Assembly: GCA_964016885.1 (NCBI GenBank)
Contig: OZ024741.1
Coordinates: 334,738,001-334,802,000 of the forward strand
From: Eledone cirrhosa
Taxonomy: Eukaryota
Reading direction: 5' to 3'
DNA length: 64,000 bases
Shown here: positions 50,509-64,000 of the stretch, piece after piece
Position numbering within the stretch: position 1 is the first letter of the stretch
How the letters are laid out: every line of letters begins with the position of its first letter
Program-made: the position numbers and the translations under genes
The notes under the pieces: generated by a model
The model's input: only the letters and a program-made list of their open reading frames with translations
The model's database searches: none
What the model was told of the DNA's origin: nothing

Positions 50509-53500
50509 CATTTAATATTCCATTTTTGATAAAATTGCTTTACATTATTGAAAAATCTCCTTTTCAGAAGGTGTTTGACAGATTTCATTTTAAATATTGC
50601 AAAACATTTTATTTCTTTTCCTTTTCTTTTTTTTCTTTTTTTCTTTTTTTACAATTTATATATTTATTTATTGATTGATTTTTTTAAAAACTAATTTTAA
50701 CACCTTTTTTCTTCTTTTTCTTATTCTCTTTTTTTTTACATTTTTAACATATTTTATTCCTGAAATTGAAAAGATACAAGACACCACTATTGAATTCCCA
50801 ACTGATATTCAACGTTTTATAACTTTTTGACATATTCTTCACCATTTCTTCTGATATACCTCTGACAGATGAAGTCGTCTAATGCAAGTGACACATTTGT
50901 TAAAATCATGAGTGTATTGGATCAGAAAAATAACATAAAATATAAAATAAAATATTTTAAATGCACAAGAATGAAAATTAATAATATTTAATGTCTAGAA
51001 TGTTTTGTCTTGAATTGCCAAACGAGAACTATAGAATTAGAATTTTGTTCACAGTCAAGTCACAGAACAGCAGTGCTGTATATATTGTTATGCCTATATG
51101 ATGTTATGATTGTGACTGTGCTTATAGTGGTGTGGAAATTATATTGGTTGGTGTAGTGGTGTAGTTGTGTACAGATACATAGTTTACAATGGTGTAGAAA
51201 TTGTATTTGTTGGTGTAGTGGTGTACTGATATATATAGAGAGCTATTGATAGAAATCTAGTGTGTGTATAACTATAGTTATTTAGTTGAAGCCTGGTGCA
51301 ACTATATAATCTTGGGCAGGTGGTTGAGTTAATAGAGAAATAGATATATTATTGAGTGTTTAACTTGATTTGAGGGCAGTAGACTTGATGTGCAGATGGT
51401 AGATTTGATCTCTAGGGGAAGAGTTATGTGGTTGATTTGATCTTTGGGCAGTTGACTTGGTCTGTAAGTGGTAAACTTGATCTCTGTATGGTAGACTTGA
51501 TCTGTAGGTGGTTGACTTGATCTGTGGATTGTAGTCTTGATCTTTGGGCAGGAAGTAGTCAATTTTAGGTGATAGGTGATAGGCTAACTTGGATGACTTA
51601 ATCAGATGACTGAACACTCAAGAAACTGGCTTAGTTGAGTGATTGACTTACTCGAGTGATTGGCTTGACCTTTGGGTGGTAGACTTCATCTGTTAACCGG
51701 TTTAACACCCCAACTGGCTCTTGGGTATTTTTAGCAGAGTCTACAATTTTGCTAGCATTTTGGCCAATTTTCCATTTAAGCATATCTTCTTCCTTACATC
51801 CTTTCAGTTTTTGAGCTCCTGAAAAGGGTCATGGGTTTTGTCCTTTTTTCTCCTTGACAAAACAGTTTACATGATATGTATATTATTGTGTTTCTCTGCA
51901 GACAATATAATTTGTATATAGCCAGTATATAGTGAATACTGTAGTCATCAAATGTTGCAAGTATTATATTAAACCCATGTGTTGAACAAACTAATGTAGG
52001 ACCAACACCTACACTACATTCTTGTATCTGAATATCTAAAATTTCCATAGTTGTCATCGTCGTCATTGTTGAGTTTCTTTATAGTACAAAACTGCTCATG
52101 TTAAAATGTTTACCTTCATAAAAGGGTTAGTTATAACTATCTAGTAGTACTGGTTAATAATGGTCTCTGATTTAGGCACAAAGCCAACAATTTGGGGCAG
52201 AAAGGGAAAGTTGATTAATTTGACCTTAGTGCATTATTGGTACTTTATTTTATCAACCTCATAAGGATGAAAGGCATAGCTAACTTCAGCAGGATTTGAA
52301 CAGAGAATGTAAAGGGATGTAACTATATGCCACAAAGTATGATGTCTGATGCTCTACCGATACTTCCAGTCCACTGCCCTTAGTACAGGTTAATAATAGC
52401 CTCAGTTCAATATATATGTATATGTTTTATTAAGGAAGTGTATTCTATGCTTCTGTTTGCCTAGTCATGTATATTTAAAAACAAGACTAAGGTTGGTATG
52501 AAAATGAACTAAATAGATAGAAAGGGTTGAAAACATGTTCAAAATATTTTCATCTGAGTGAGATGTGGTTCTCTGACCTATCTAGAAGGTCAGTAACTCT
52601 GAATAAGAAATGACTCAGAATCTGATGACTTGGCCATTCCTTGCCAGCATGGAAAATATTTAACCTTTTTGATACCAAACTACCTGAAACTGCTCTGGAT
52701 TTATGAGACAAAATTTCATTTTAAAATGTCTTCAACCTTAATTTTATTTTAGAAACTTTTTTTAAGTAATGTTCTAAATATTAGTTTAATAATGATAACT
52801 TAGGTATTTCATTGAATTCCTCCAACATTTTGGTTATTTTGTAAATTAATTGAAACAGAGGCAGTGTTTCTCATTAGAGATGCAGTAATGAAAGGGTTTA
52901 TAGCTAGATCACTGCGGTGGTTAGAATAAAGTGTAACAGCTTTTGTTTTTTGGGGTCAAATTCTTTCAAGAAGGTTTATCACTGTCTTCCGCATTTTATT
53001 TATTTATTTATTTTTTTTTTTCTTAAATTCTTCCAAACATTTTACTTTTAAAAATTAATTCAAACACATAGGCAGTTTATTTCATTAGAAATAAGGTAAT
53101 GAAAATGTTAAAACCTCCATGCTTACTGAGATTCGCCAACACTACACCTGATATCCCCTCCTCTATACACACGCACAGATGTATATCATGACTCATACAT
53201 TGTTCACTTTCCTGACATTTTTACATTATTCTATGTACTGTCATGCACCTTTGATGAGTTCTAGTGCACCTGAGCACTGTACACAATAATTTCATTATTA
53301 TTATTATCTTAAAGACATAGGTAATATCTTTTGATAAAAATAAGGTAATGAAAGGGTTAATGACGTAGGCAGTTTATTTCATTAGAAATATAGTAATGAA
53401 AGTTTTAAACATATAGGCAATGTCTTTGATTAGAAATAAGGAATTGAAAGGCTTAATGACCTAAGCAGTTTATTTCATTAGAAATATAGTAATGAAAGGG

Positions 53501-55084
53501 ATAATGATACTCCAGCCATGACCATACCATTTATTTATTTTATTTATTTTTTGTCATTGCAGGCATTGTATCTGGGATTACATTATTTAAAGTGTCTGTC
53601 CCCTTTTTAAAAAGGTAAGTGTGATTCTTATTATTTGGCTGTGTAAGATATTCATGTTGCATCAACATAGAGATATACCAATATACATCTTGTGTATATT
53701 GGTATATCTTCTACTCTGATTCTAAAGTTGACCAATACATTATGAATGTATTTGGCCAAGGGGCTGCTACTTTCTTACAAAGTGAATTTCTTAATCACAT
53801 AACCTATTGTGGGTGTGTTTGAGTTTGTTTGTTTGTTATTGTGCTTCTGTTTGTGTATATATGTGTGTTTTTGTTTGTGTACATGTGTGTTTGTCTCTGT
53901 ATGTATTTGTGTATGTATATGTGTGTATATATGTGTATGTATATATGTGTGTGTATATATATGTGTATGTATATGTGTGTGTGTATATATGTGTGTGTGT
54001 ATATGTGTGTATATATGTGTGTGTGTGTGTGTGCGTATTTCTCTATATAGGCAGGTGAAACTGAGTTCAATGCTCTTCACTTTTAATAAAGGGAAGACAT
54101 TTTGATATGTTCTAATTTATAATTCAAACGTTAACATGCCACACTCCTGTCACACACACTCATTCAATATATATATATATACACACACATGTACACTCAC
54201 ATATACACACACACATATACATACATACATATATATGATATATATAAATATGATTTATTTCCTAGAGAAATTACTTATGCAGGACTAGAATTGTTTCATT
54301 AATTTAAAATCAGAAAAGTACACACACACACACACAAATTTGACTTATGATTAGCTATGATAAGACACACATACAGTTTCTGATAATGGAAAATACATGG
54401 CTTTATTAAAAATCTCTGTGAAACTAGTAGTTTCTTAAATGTATTATTAATGTATGTATGTACGGTCCCATAAATCCTGATAGTCATAGGGACACCATAT
54501 TGATATATGGCATTTCTTGGGCATTTTAAGCCTGGCGGAGCCCATTCCTCTCCAGGCCTGAATACAACAAGATAGAAAGTGAGTAAGACAGAAAGTGAGA
54601 GAGAGGAAATGGGAAAGTGATATAGAGGAAAAAATCGGTACTAAACTGGAACTTATTTTATCAACCTAGAAAGGATGAAAAGCAAAGTTGGCCTCAGCAG
54701 GATTTGAACTGAGAGAGCAGCAAGTCAGAACCAATGTGCCATAAAGCATCCTATCCAACGTTCTAATGACTCTGCCAATTCACTGCCTTGTATTATTAAT
54801 ACCACGTATTAAAACCATAAATTACCTCTGATTTCATATAGAAGGCTCAGTTTTTCATAATATGAAATCACACTCAAGTATTTACAAATGTCCCCCCAAA
54901 AATGTATACACACTTTCATTACCTGCACAGACAATATTTATTGGAATGTTGAGGGCCATCTCTTCAATTTGCTGAACTACCATGAGCTTGCAAATGACTC
55001 AGCAAACCTGCCTCGTTCCTGCATACTGTTATACAGATGTGACACATACAAAGCTCTCAGACTGTCCTGAACATAACTTCCTCC

Positions 55085-56450
55085 TTATGCACTCTTATAT
55101 ACCACTTGAGTCCTGCAGCAGACCTTCAGGCTTTGTTGCATAACTGACACAAATATCCCGCATGCCTTTCAGAGAGGATACCAACATAATTGGCCCCAGA
55201 CTGCTGATTGCTGTGAGCTCTTAAATGACTAGCAAGCCTGGTACTAGAAAACACAACCTTTCTGCTGATGTTACAGACATTCTCTGACCAGATATCCTCT
55301 GGGATTGAGTTTACATCACCTTTCCTGAATGCTCTTTTAAACATTGAATGTTCCATCCTTTTGACCTCAACAATCACAACCATCATAAACCGGACTTCTC
55401 CAATCAGATCTATGCCTTGTCTTCCTAATCCTCAACGCTAATAGCAATTGTCTTTAGGTTGCATTTGACAACATCCATAAAATGTTTTTTTAGGTTTGTG
55501 TCTGGGGTATTTACCAAGAGTTAACTCTCCATACCAAATTCACGTAGGCAGCCTCTCATCTCCCATCTGTCTTAAATGCCCTGCTCAAGGCTGTTGATTT
55601 CAGATGAGTAGTTTTTCTAAGCTGGGTGTATTGACTCGCTGCAGAGCAACAGTGTTAGGTGTAAATGACTGCCCCTTAATGTTCAAAATACACCTTAGGC
55701 ATTTTTTGTGGAATTTTTCCAACATGGTATGTGGTCTAAGTCTCAGAAGAGTACAAGAGAGCAATCCAGACACAGGATTAATAGACACTTATCTTAGTGC
55801 CAAACAAGATCCCTCTGTCCAAACAGACCCATCCCTCCAGCCTACCGAATACTTTTCTGGCTTTTTCGATACTTTGATTTCAGAGTCCAATGAACCATCT
55901 CTAGAGAGAGCACTAAGGTAGACTAATGAACTTTTTCTGGAGAGAGCACTACTAAGGTAGACAAATATATGAACAACCTTCAACCTCTGACCCTGAACAA
56001 AGATTTTGGGCACGGTGTAATGTTACTTAGGAGGTGGTGTGTACATGACCTTAATCTTTTCTGTGTTGATAGTAAGCCTGAAAGCAGGGCATGCTTCAGA
56101 AAACAGGTCCATGATTGCTTGCATGTTCTCCTTGGTATGAGCAAACAAGGTCTGCATCGTCAGCATAGAGCAACTCTCTGATGACAGATTGGCCCTAAAG
56201 TGTGTCAAGTTGAAAACCTTACCTGTGGTCCTGAAATGCTGATACACATGGACATTGCAATTCTGAAAAGCATATGTGAGTGTCATGGTAAAGAAGATAG
56301 AGAACAGAGTTGGTGCTGGGATGTCTCCTTGCTTAACTCCATTGTTGATGGCTATGGGTTCAGACAGAGAACCATTGAAGTTAAGCCTCCCTTTCATACT
56401 TCGATGTAGGTGTTTGAACAGTCTCATGAAACCCTGAGGGCAACTCAACT
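55085..56450 (-). pseudogene. Degenerate RTE-clade LINE (different family) with C-terminal C2H2-like zinc fingers
   Basis: NGVKQGDIPAPTLFSIFF, frameshifted YADD region, LTINTEKIKVM, FVYLSSALSRDGSLDSEI, LEKFHKKCLRCILNI, LASHLRAH, CQLCNKA. Confidence 0.88.
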
Positions 56451-57050
56451 AACCAAAAAGGGTTCACAGGTCATTCCCCCTCCTCCTGTTCCTCCTCTTC
56501 TGCCTGCTCTTCTACCACTTCTTCTACCTCCTCCCTTTCTTCCTCTGCTTCTACCTCCTCTTCTCCTCCACTTCCTCCTCCACTTCCTCCTCCTCTTTCT
56601 CCTCTTCTTCTTCTTTTTCTTCTTTTTCTTCTTCTTCTTCTTCCTCCTCTTCTTCCTCCACGACCCCTTCCTCTACCTCCTCTTCCCCCTCCTCTTCTTC
56701 TTTCTCCTCTTCCTCTTCCAACAATATTTCTCCTCTCCTCCCCTGCCTCCCCAACACATTTTTCTCCTTCTTCACCTCCTCCCTAACCCATTTTATTATT
56801 CACACCTTTTACATAGCTCCATCTACCATTAACTTAACTGAAGGCTGAAATAAGCTGTTTTAGCACCTTGTGAATTCTTGTGTATCTTTATCAGAGATAC
56901 ACAACCACTTTATGAGAATAGTGATAACTTACAAAGCAGCATTCAAAATGCAATCTCTAATATCTTATATTCATACAGTCGTTTATGTGTCAGTAGAAAA
57001 TTGTAAAGACTAAACTTATTATTATTATTATTGTTATTATTATTATTGCT

Positions 57051-57118
<68 letters not shown>

Positions 57119-57239
57119 ATGGTTTGTGTGTGTTTGTTGTAGCTTTGAATAGATCCATCAGGAGTTTTGATTTTTACTGTGAGGAATAAGTAATAGGTGT
57201 GAAGAATGGTGTATATATATGTATATGTGTGTGTGTGGG

Positions 57240-57275
<36 letters not shown>

Positions 57276-57351
57276 GTGTGTGTGTGTGTATATATATATA
57301 TATGTATACATACACACATACATGTGTGTATGTATATATATATACACATAC

Positions 57352-57391
<40 letters not shown>

Positions 57392-57475
57392 ATATATATA
57401 TGTATGTATATATATATATGTATATATATATATGTATATATATATGTATATATATATATGTATATATATATGTGA

Positions 57476-57526
<51 letters not shown>

Positions 57527-57556
57527 TAGGTATATATGTATATATATATATAGGTA

Positions 57557-57627
<71 letters not shown>

Positions 57628-58000
57628 TATACATGTATATTTATGCATGCATACACACATATATATATATATATATATATGAGATTTAGATAGGGTTGTA
57701 GGTTTGCTTATGTTTGTATTTCATTTGTGTGTTTCTTGTATATACAGAAGACATAATGGCATGGCTGTTCTGGTGGATAATGCCCACATTGATGTTGTCA
57801 TTGCTATGAAAATATGCAGAGATTCCTACCTTAAACAGAGATAAAAACTAGCCAATAAACTTCTATGTTGGATCTCTAGCATTTTATTATATTATTTGAG
57901 GCATATATTTATATGAAATCCACTGCCAACTATAGAATATATATTGCTAATAATATTTCATTTACTGATTTCAAAAACATTGCTTGGGTAGATAGATAGA

Positions 58001-58676
58001 CAGATATGTTTCTTTATTAGCCACAGGGGCACAAAAGAAGGGGACAAATACAAAGGGGGAAGTTTACATGCAATAAAAACATGTAAAATATTATCACAAA
58101 TTCAATTTAAAAAATTAGTCGATTTTCCCCAATAGGGGGAGGTAGTTCATATGGGTAACACATACCCCCGAAAAAATGTGCAACCCTCATCTCCAGGAGT
58201 ACGAAGAGTTTGTACTTCTTTCCTCTCCTCCTCCTTTTCCTCAACCTACAGGCTGATATAGAGAGAAGGCCCATTCACTCGGGCCATTCTCGCCACTTTC
58301 ACCCACCTTTCATAAAACTTGCTGGGGTACAGCACCTCTCTCTCCATCCTGATTCTTCTTCCAAAGTGGTATTTGAAAAAAAGAATCAGTTGTTGGCCGG
58401 AGAGAAAGGTGTCTGACCTCAGCCCTTTCAACCTTGTCCACCATACAACCTCTTTCGCAATAGCTATCACACAAAGGAAAACCGCCTCTCCTTCGTTTTT
58501 GAAGGAGGGTGGCGGTTTGATCCTGACAATGGACTCAGTGGTCAACCGGATTGGTCCCACCCGCGACAATAGTCGTTCTACATAGCCCCACAGGTCAGTG
58601 ACACCCGGGCAGTGTATGAATGAGTGCACAACGGTTTCTTCGTCTCGCATGCACATCGGACAGATCTTTTTTGCAG
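58001..58676 (-). mobile_element. Tx1/L1-clade LINE 3' end (zf-RVT CCHC domain + 3' UTR) with 15-bp TSD
   Basis: CPMC..EETVVHSFIHCP...LW motif; stop at 58246; AATAAA near the end; gggtagatagataga at 57986-58000 and 58677-58691. Confidence 0.85.
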
Positions 58677-59000
58677 GGGTAGATAGATAGATAGATAGAT
58701 GCATATGTATGTAGACAGATAGTTTGATAGGTAGATACATAGATGGATAGGTGGATAGATAGACAGATAAATACACAGATAGATGGTAGATACATAAGTG
58801 CTGAAGTCTGTACTTATATGTATATATATGAGTGTATGTGAATGTGTTTGCATGTATGTATTTGTGTGTGTATGTATATATGTATATATATATGTATGTA
58901 TATATATATATGTGTGTGTGTGTATATATACATATGTATGTATATATATGTGTGTATGTATGTATGCATATATGTGTGTATATATGTGTGTGTGTGTATG

Positions 59001-59032
<32 letters not shown>

Positions 59033-61012
59033 CACATACAGGGCTAGATGGTTAAGGGAATAAATGAATAACTGAATAATATCTCATAAAGATCAGTCCA
59101 TTGGTTGTAGTTTGATGAACTCCACATATTCCTTACTTCACTTCTCCTTAAAACTATGAAAATATTTCATTTATTTCTCCATAAATCTGACGATTCTCTC
59201 CAGTTTATGACTGATATTTATTTTATCGACCTCATCAGGGGCTCACTCAACTCAGACATAACTACTACATGCAATGAAAAATCATGATATATGGTATTCA
59301 ATTCATTTCCTTCTCCCGAAATCTCCTTCCACACAACTCAACTCCTTCATCTAGTTATTGGTGTTATAAAGAAACAACATGGAAGAAACTAGAAAGAAAT
59401 AGAAAAAGGAAATTCCATTTCAAGTGCTAGATTCTCATTGTGGATTTAACCCTTTCATTACCTTCAATGCTTGTGACAAGAAAACGTTAAACCAGACGAT
59501 GATGATGGTGATGATTGCCATATTTCTAATGAAAGAGATTGTATGGAGGGGTTTACTAATATAGCCAACATTCTCATTATTATCGTTTTTCTTGAGTTAC
59601 CATGTCTCTAAAAATCTTTACAATCCAGAATATGGAAGGCTTTAGTAATATAACTTTCTCATTATTAATCTTTTTGTTAACATATCTCTAACAAAATACA
59701 CTGCTTATCATTTGCAAGTAAGTTTCATAGTCAAGAATTTGGAGGGATTTAGTAATATAACTAACTTTCTAATTGTCAACTGATTTGTTACCATATCTCT
59801 ACCAAAAGACATTGCTTATGATATTCAACTAATTTTGAAAATCAAGAATTTGGAGGGATTTAGCAATATAACTAACTTTCTCATGATTAAGGTTGGGTCT
59901 GGAGCATAACATAGTGAAGGTTCTTGCATAAAATAATGATGTAAGGTTTTTAGATAGATAAATATAACCAGGAGCAGTGGTTCATGTGGTAAGTGATTTG
60001 GTAAGTGATTCACATCCAGGGTGGAGATGCGTGGGTAGTCTTTTATTCTCAGTTGCTTCATATCACTTTACAGAAATAAGTTCTGACTCAACGTGTCTCT
60101 AGGTTCCAGAAAGTCTTTAACCCTTTCATTACCCCCATTTCTAATGAAACACACTGTATTGAAAAAAATTAATAAAGAATTTGGCTTAGTGTGAGGTTGT
60201 GAGTTTGATTCTCAAACTGGGCAATGTGTTGTGTCCTAGAGCAAGTCATTTTATTTCACATTACTCTTTCTGTCAGGAGTTGTGACTGATAGATAACATC
60301 AGTAATGGGAAGACCAATGGAAACATTGTTTCTTTGGTCTGATTGGAGGAGTTCCACCCCAGTGAATAAGGTCTGGGATCTTGGAGAGTGTGTCCTTTTT
60401 TTTTTTAATACTAAAATTAGTATTTCATTACTTAACATAAGGTTCCTATATAAAATTAATTTTAAAAAAGAATGATTTAAAATTGATGTTATTGTTTCAT
60501 AGAACCAGTTGGTTTGGGACATGTTGGTATCTCATGGGGTCAATTTTCATGGGCAATTTTATTGGAGAGTAGCTTTGGCTGCTATTTTTAACATGGTAAA
60601 TGACCCTATATAAGAACTCTATTCAATGTTAACAAGGAGACAAGAGACAGTCTATATGTTACATAGTTATCAACTCTTTCTTTTGTTTTGCTTTTGATTT
60701 TGTTGTTTATGATTTTGTTGTTTTTGATTTTGTTGTTTTTCTTTATACTAGGAATTTTTTCAACGTGTGTGTATGTACATATGCATACATTTATATGTAT
60801 GAGTATATACATATAAACGTGCAAACACAGACACACTTACAAAAATACACAATCAGACATACATTCACACACACACACACACACACATACATACATTCAC
60901 ACAAACACACACACACATACACAGATTAACAAATAGAACTCCAGCCGCTCTATTTTGCTATAGTTTTTTCACCACCCCCTTCCTTCTTTTACACACACAT
61001 ACATTCATGCAG

Positions 61013-61079
61013 GCAGCAGACGTAAAGGGAGAGGAGTAGTATGAGGTAATCAAACTACTCCTCTCTCTTTACATGTTGT
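61013..61079 (+). ncRNA. Isolated pre-miRNA-like hairpin (candidate)
   Basis: gtaaagggagaggagtagt pairs with actactcctctctctttac (19 bp, one G-U); extended by tga/tca and gcagca/tgttgt; 5-nt loop. Confidence 0.4.
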
Positions 61080-61750
61080 GACAGAATCGCAGAAATTTGT
61101 ATATAGATTTAGTTTTGATTTAGATAATATAATAAAATATTGTAAAAGCTCTTTGTTGTATATACATGTTTAGGTGGAGAGGAATTTTGCGTTGTTGAAG
61201 GTTCAAAGCAACAGTTAAATTCATGATGTTAGCAACTTCCATGTTAGCATATGAATTTGTAAATTACATTATCCACGTGGGTGTCAGGCAGGCAAGCAGG
61301 CCTGTCGTTAGTTTATTATTAATGATGAGCTTGTTTTTAATTTCCAATGTTCTTGTGTGATATATTTATTATTAGTGCTCGTTTATGATTAGATGAAATA
61401 CATACTGTGTTCTGTTTTATGAGATTTTGGTAATAGTTTCATCTACTCTGGTATAGCTTAGATGTATTTAGTGTCTCTGTGTATATGTATACTTTTGTGT
61501 ATATTGTTATTAAGTGTTTGTTCATAGCGACAAGGTATATATGAAAAATAAAGTACTTAATAATATTACTTCAGGATGTAGAATTACACACACACACACG
61601 CTTGCACGTGTGTGTGTATATATATATAGATATATATATATATATCTTTAGTAATTAATTGTTTACATTTATATAAATCTGTTTCTAATCACATGATTTA
61701 TAAAAAGCTCTTAACTATTCATTAATTTATATATATATATAAATAAATAA

Positions 61751-61895
<145 letters not shown>

Positions 61896-62475
61896 ATTTC
61901 CGTAGAAAAGGTAAAGGAAAGAAGAGTGCTCCATGTATAGTACAGAGCTATTTAACTATGTAATAAACAACACAATATAATTATATTATATTGTGTTCTT
62001 TATTAGACACACACACACACATATATATATATGTGTGTGTGTGTGTGTGTCTAATAAGGTCATAAGTACTGCCTCACTGTATAGCTCTTTGGGTGAATGT
62101 TTCTACAACTTGGGCTGAGCAATGCCTTTGTGAGTGTAATTTGCTTGATGGAAACTGTAATGAATCTCATCATCATCATCATCATATATTCACTTTCCAT
62201 ATTGGCATGGGTTGGACAGGTCATTATCATAAAAAACTAGATTGGTTGGAGATCCACATCTAGCTCATACATTCCACATCATACATTTCCCGTTTCATGT
62301 TGTTTCTCCAGCTGGCTCCTTCCTTAATGTCAACCACTTTACAAAGTGTACCGGGTACATCTTTTCATGAACCAGCACTCCCACTTTACTGAGTGTATGG
62401 TGTGCATTTTATCATGGCGCCAGCACTGGAGAGGTTGTCATATGCTTGGCCAGTTCTCTCTACCCCATATTATCA

Positions 62476-62512
<37 letters not shown>

Positions 62513-62515
<3 letters not shown>

Positions 62516-62706
62516 GGAGTAAGTAAGACCCCGACGGCTGAGCTCAAGCCGTTTCGACGGCTAATTCTGTACAGCTAATTCCGTCGAAACGGCTTGAGCT
62601 CAGCCGTCGGGGTCTTACTTACTCCTATTACCCACTCTACTACCCTAAGTATTGAGTACTTTGGTGCGTTATGGTCCACCTGGTTCCTTACCACTTTTCC
62701 CTCGCT
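62513..62706. mobile_element. Fold-back copy of the half-hammerhead family in (TA)n
   Basis: 62513-62560 is perfectly inverted against 62581-62628; GAAACGGCT...AGCCGTC. Confidence 0.78.
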
Positions 62707-62757
62707 ATATATATATATATATATAGAAGTGGTTACACAACAGTTAGTTCACCATAC

Positions 62758-62795
62758 TGAGAACAATTGTTTCACCTTAGTGGATCCTCAGCTTG
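62758..62795 (-). ncRNA. Second copy of the 38-nt minimal hammerhead (helix I eroded)
   Basis: Minus strand: CAAG CUGAGGA U CC ACUAA GG U GAA ACAAUUGU U CUCA; distal helix I ccat.tac / gta.tgg. Confidence 0.6.
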
Positions 62796-63761
62796 TAATG
62801 GACATGGTTATACGGAACATATATCATTTCATTTTTCATTTCATTTTACGTCCACTTTTCCCTGCTTGCAAGGGTATATATATATATACTGTTTATACTT
62901 GTGAAAAAGTGGAATTTTGTTACCATCTTTTAAAGGTTAAATTTATGGTGCACACTATTACATGGGTACTACTTTTGAGGGACTTCAAATTCAAGATGGA
63001 ATTGAACTTGCTGTATCAGTAGCAGAAGCTGAACTGATCTCTAAATGAATAAAAACAAATAGAAACAAAAACACAATTAATTATAGTAATATTACTGATT
63101 CTATGCATCAAAATTCCATGTGTCTAACACCTGTGGACATGCCTACAAAGTCAGAAAACAGCACAGCTCCCATGACTTTCGGAAACATTTTTTCATGCTC
63201 AGAGTTCCTGAAGCATGGAACAAACTACCTGCATCAGTTGTTCCTGAAATTCGCCAATACTACACCTGATATTCCCACCTCCATACACACACACATATGT
63301 ATATCATGACTCATACACAGTACACTTTCCTGACATAGGTAGATTATTCTTTCTACTATACATGCACCATTGACGAGTTGTAGTGCACCTGAGCACTGTA
63401 CACAATAATTTCATTATAATTTAAAACAACTATAGGGTAAATCTTTAGTTTCAGACTTGTATTTTCAATATATATTTGCCTTATCCGTGAGATAACTAGG
63501 GTCGACTTATACGAGGCCTATGGTAAATTCAATATTTTTTGGCCAAAAATGGAGTCGACTTTTACATGAAATCAACTTTTACTCAAGTATGTATGAAATA
63601 TATATATATGTGTACGTATGGGTTTACCGAACATTTATTATAATGTTCGGTTTGTTTGTAAACAAACAGCCCGAATTACACCGTACAGTGTTCAGGCATA
63701 TATGACACTTATATGTCTGAATTATTGTCGGCTTTTTGCTTACATTAATTTCTCTATTTTC

Positions 63762-63801
<40 letters not shown>

Positions 63802-63827
63802 CAAGGATAGCAGACATTAAATGATGA

Positions 63828-63861
<34 letters not shown>

Positions 63862-64000
63862 CAGTGATAGATGGTGGGAAGATGTGGTTTAATAATCAGC
63901 AAGTAGAACAAATCTGTGTAATCCATATATCCAAACAGAATCAAGAATTAAAACATTGGGTAGAGTGGAAGAACACATAAAATATAAACAGACACACTAT

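Noticed and set aside
51794-52066. 90-aa minus-strand ORF in unique sequence with a GTAAG near its end
   Set aside because: I can recognise no homology, and the length is compatible with chance.

Overview
This is AT-rich, microsatellite-saturated eukaryotic DNA with a 200-N assembly gap; the repeat types suggest an octopus or other coleoid cephalopod (inference). I could not recognise any host protein-coding exon, and almost all ORF-track entries are translations of (CA)n, (TA)n, (ACC)n or (GAA)n repeats. The real coding remnants are all non-LTR retrotransposons: several 5'-truncated RTE-clade LINEs (one with an uninterrupted ~515-aa RT carrying a PHD-type finger inside the RT domain), CR1 3' ends, and a Tx1/L1 3' end. 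tRNA-derived SINEs, hAT, Tc1/mariner and piggyBac-like MITEs, and a SINE-derived 176-bp tandem array are also present. The most notable signal is about nine apparently unrelated families of short non-coding elements inserted in (TA)n tracts. They show 5'-inverted and/or partial-tandem architecture, and each carries a complete or partial type I hammerhead ribozyme motif (CUGANGA...GAAA...NUH). This pattern fits Penelope-like pseudo-LTR or retrozyme-type elements, with no encoded enzyme in this window. All RNA structures were folded by eye and need computational and biochemical confirmation.
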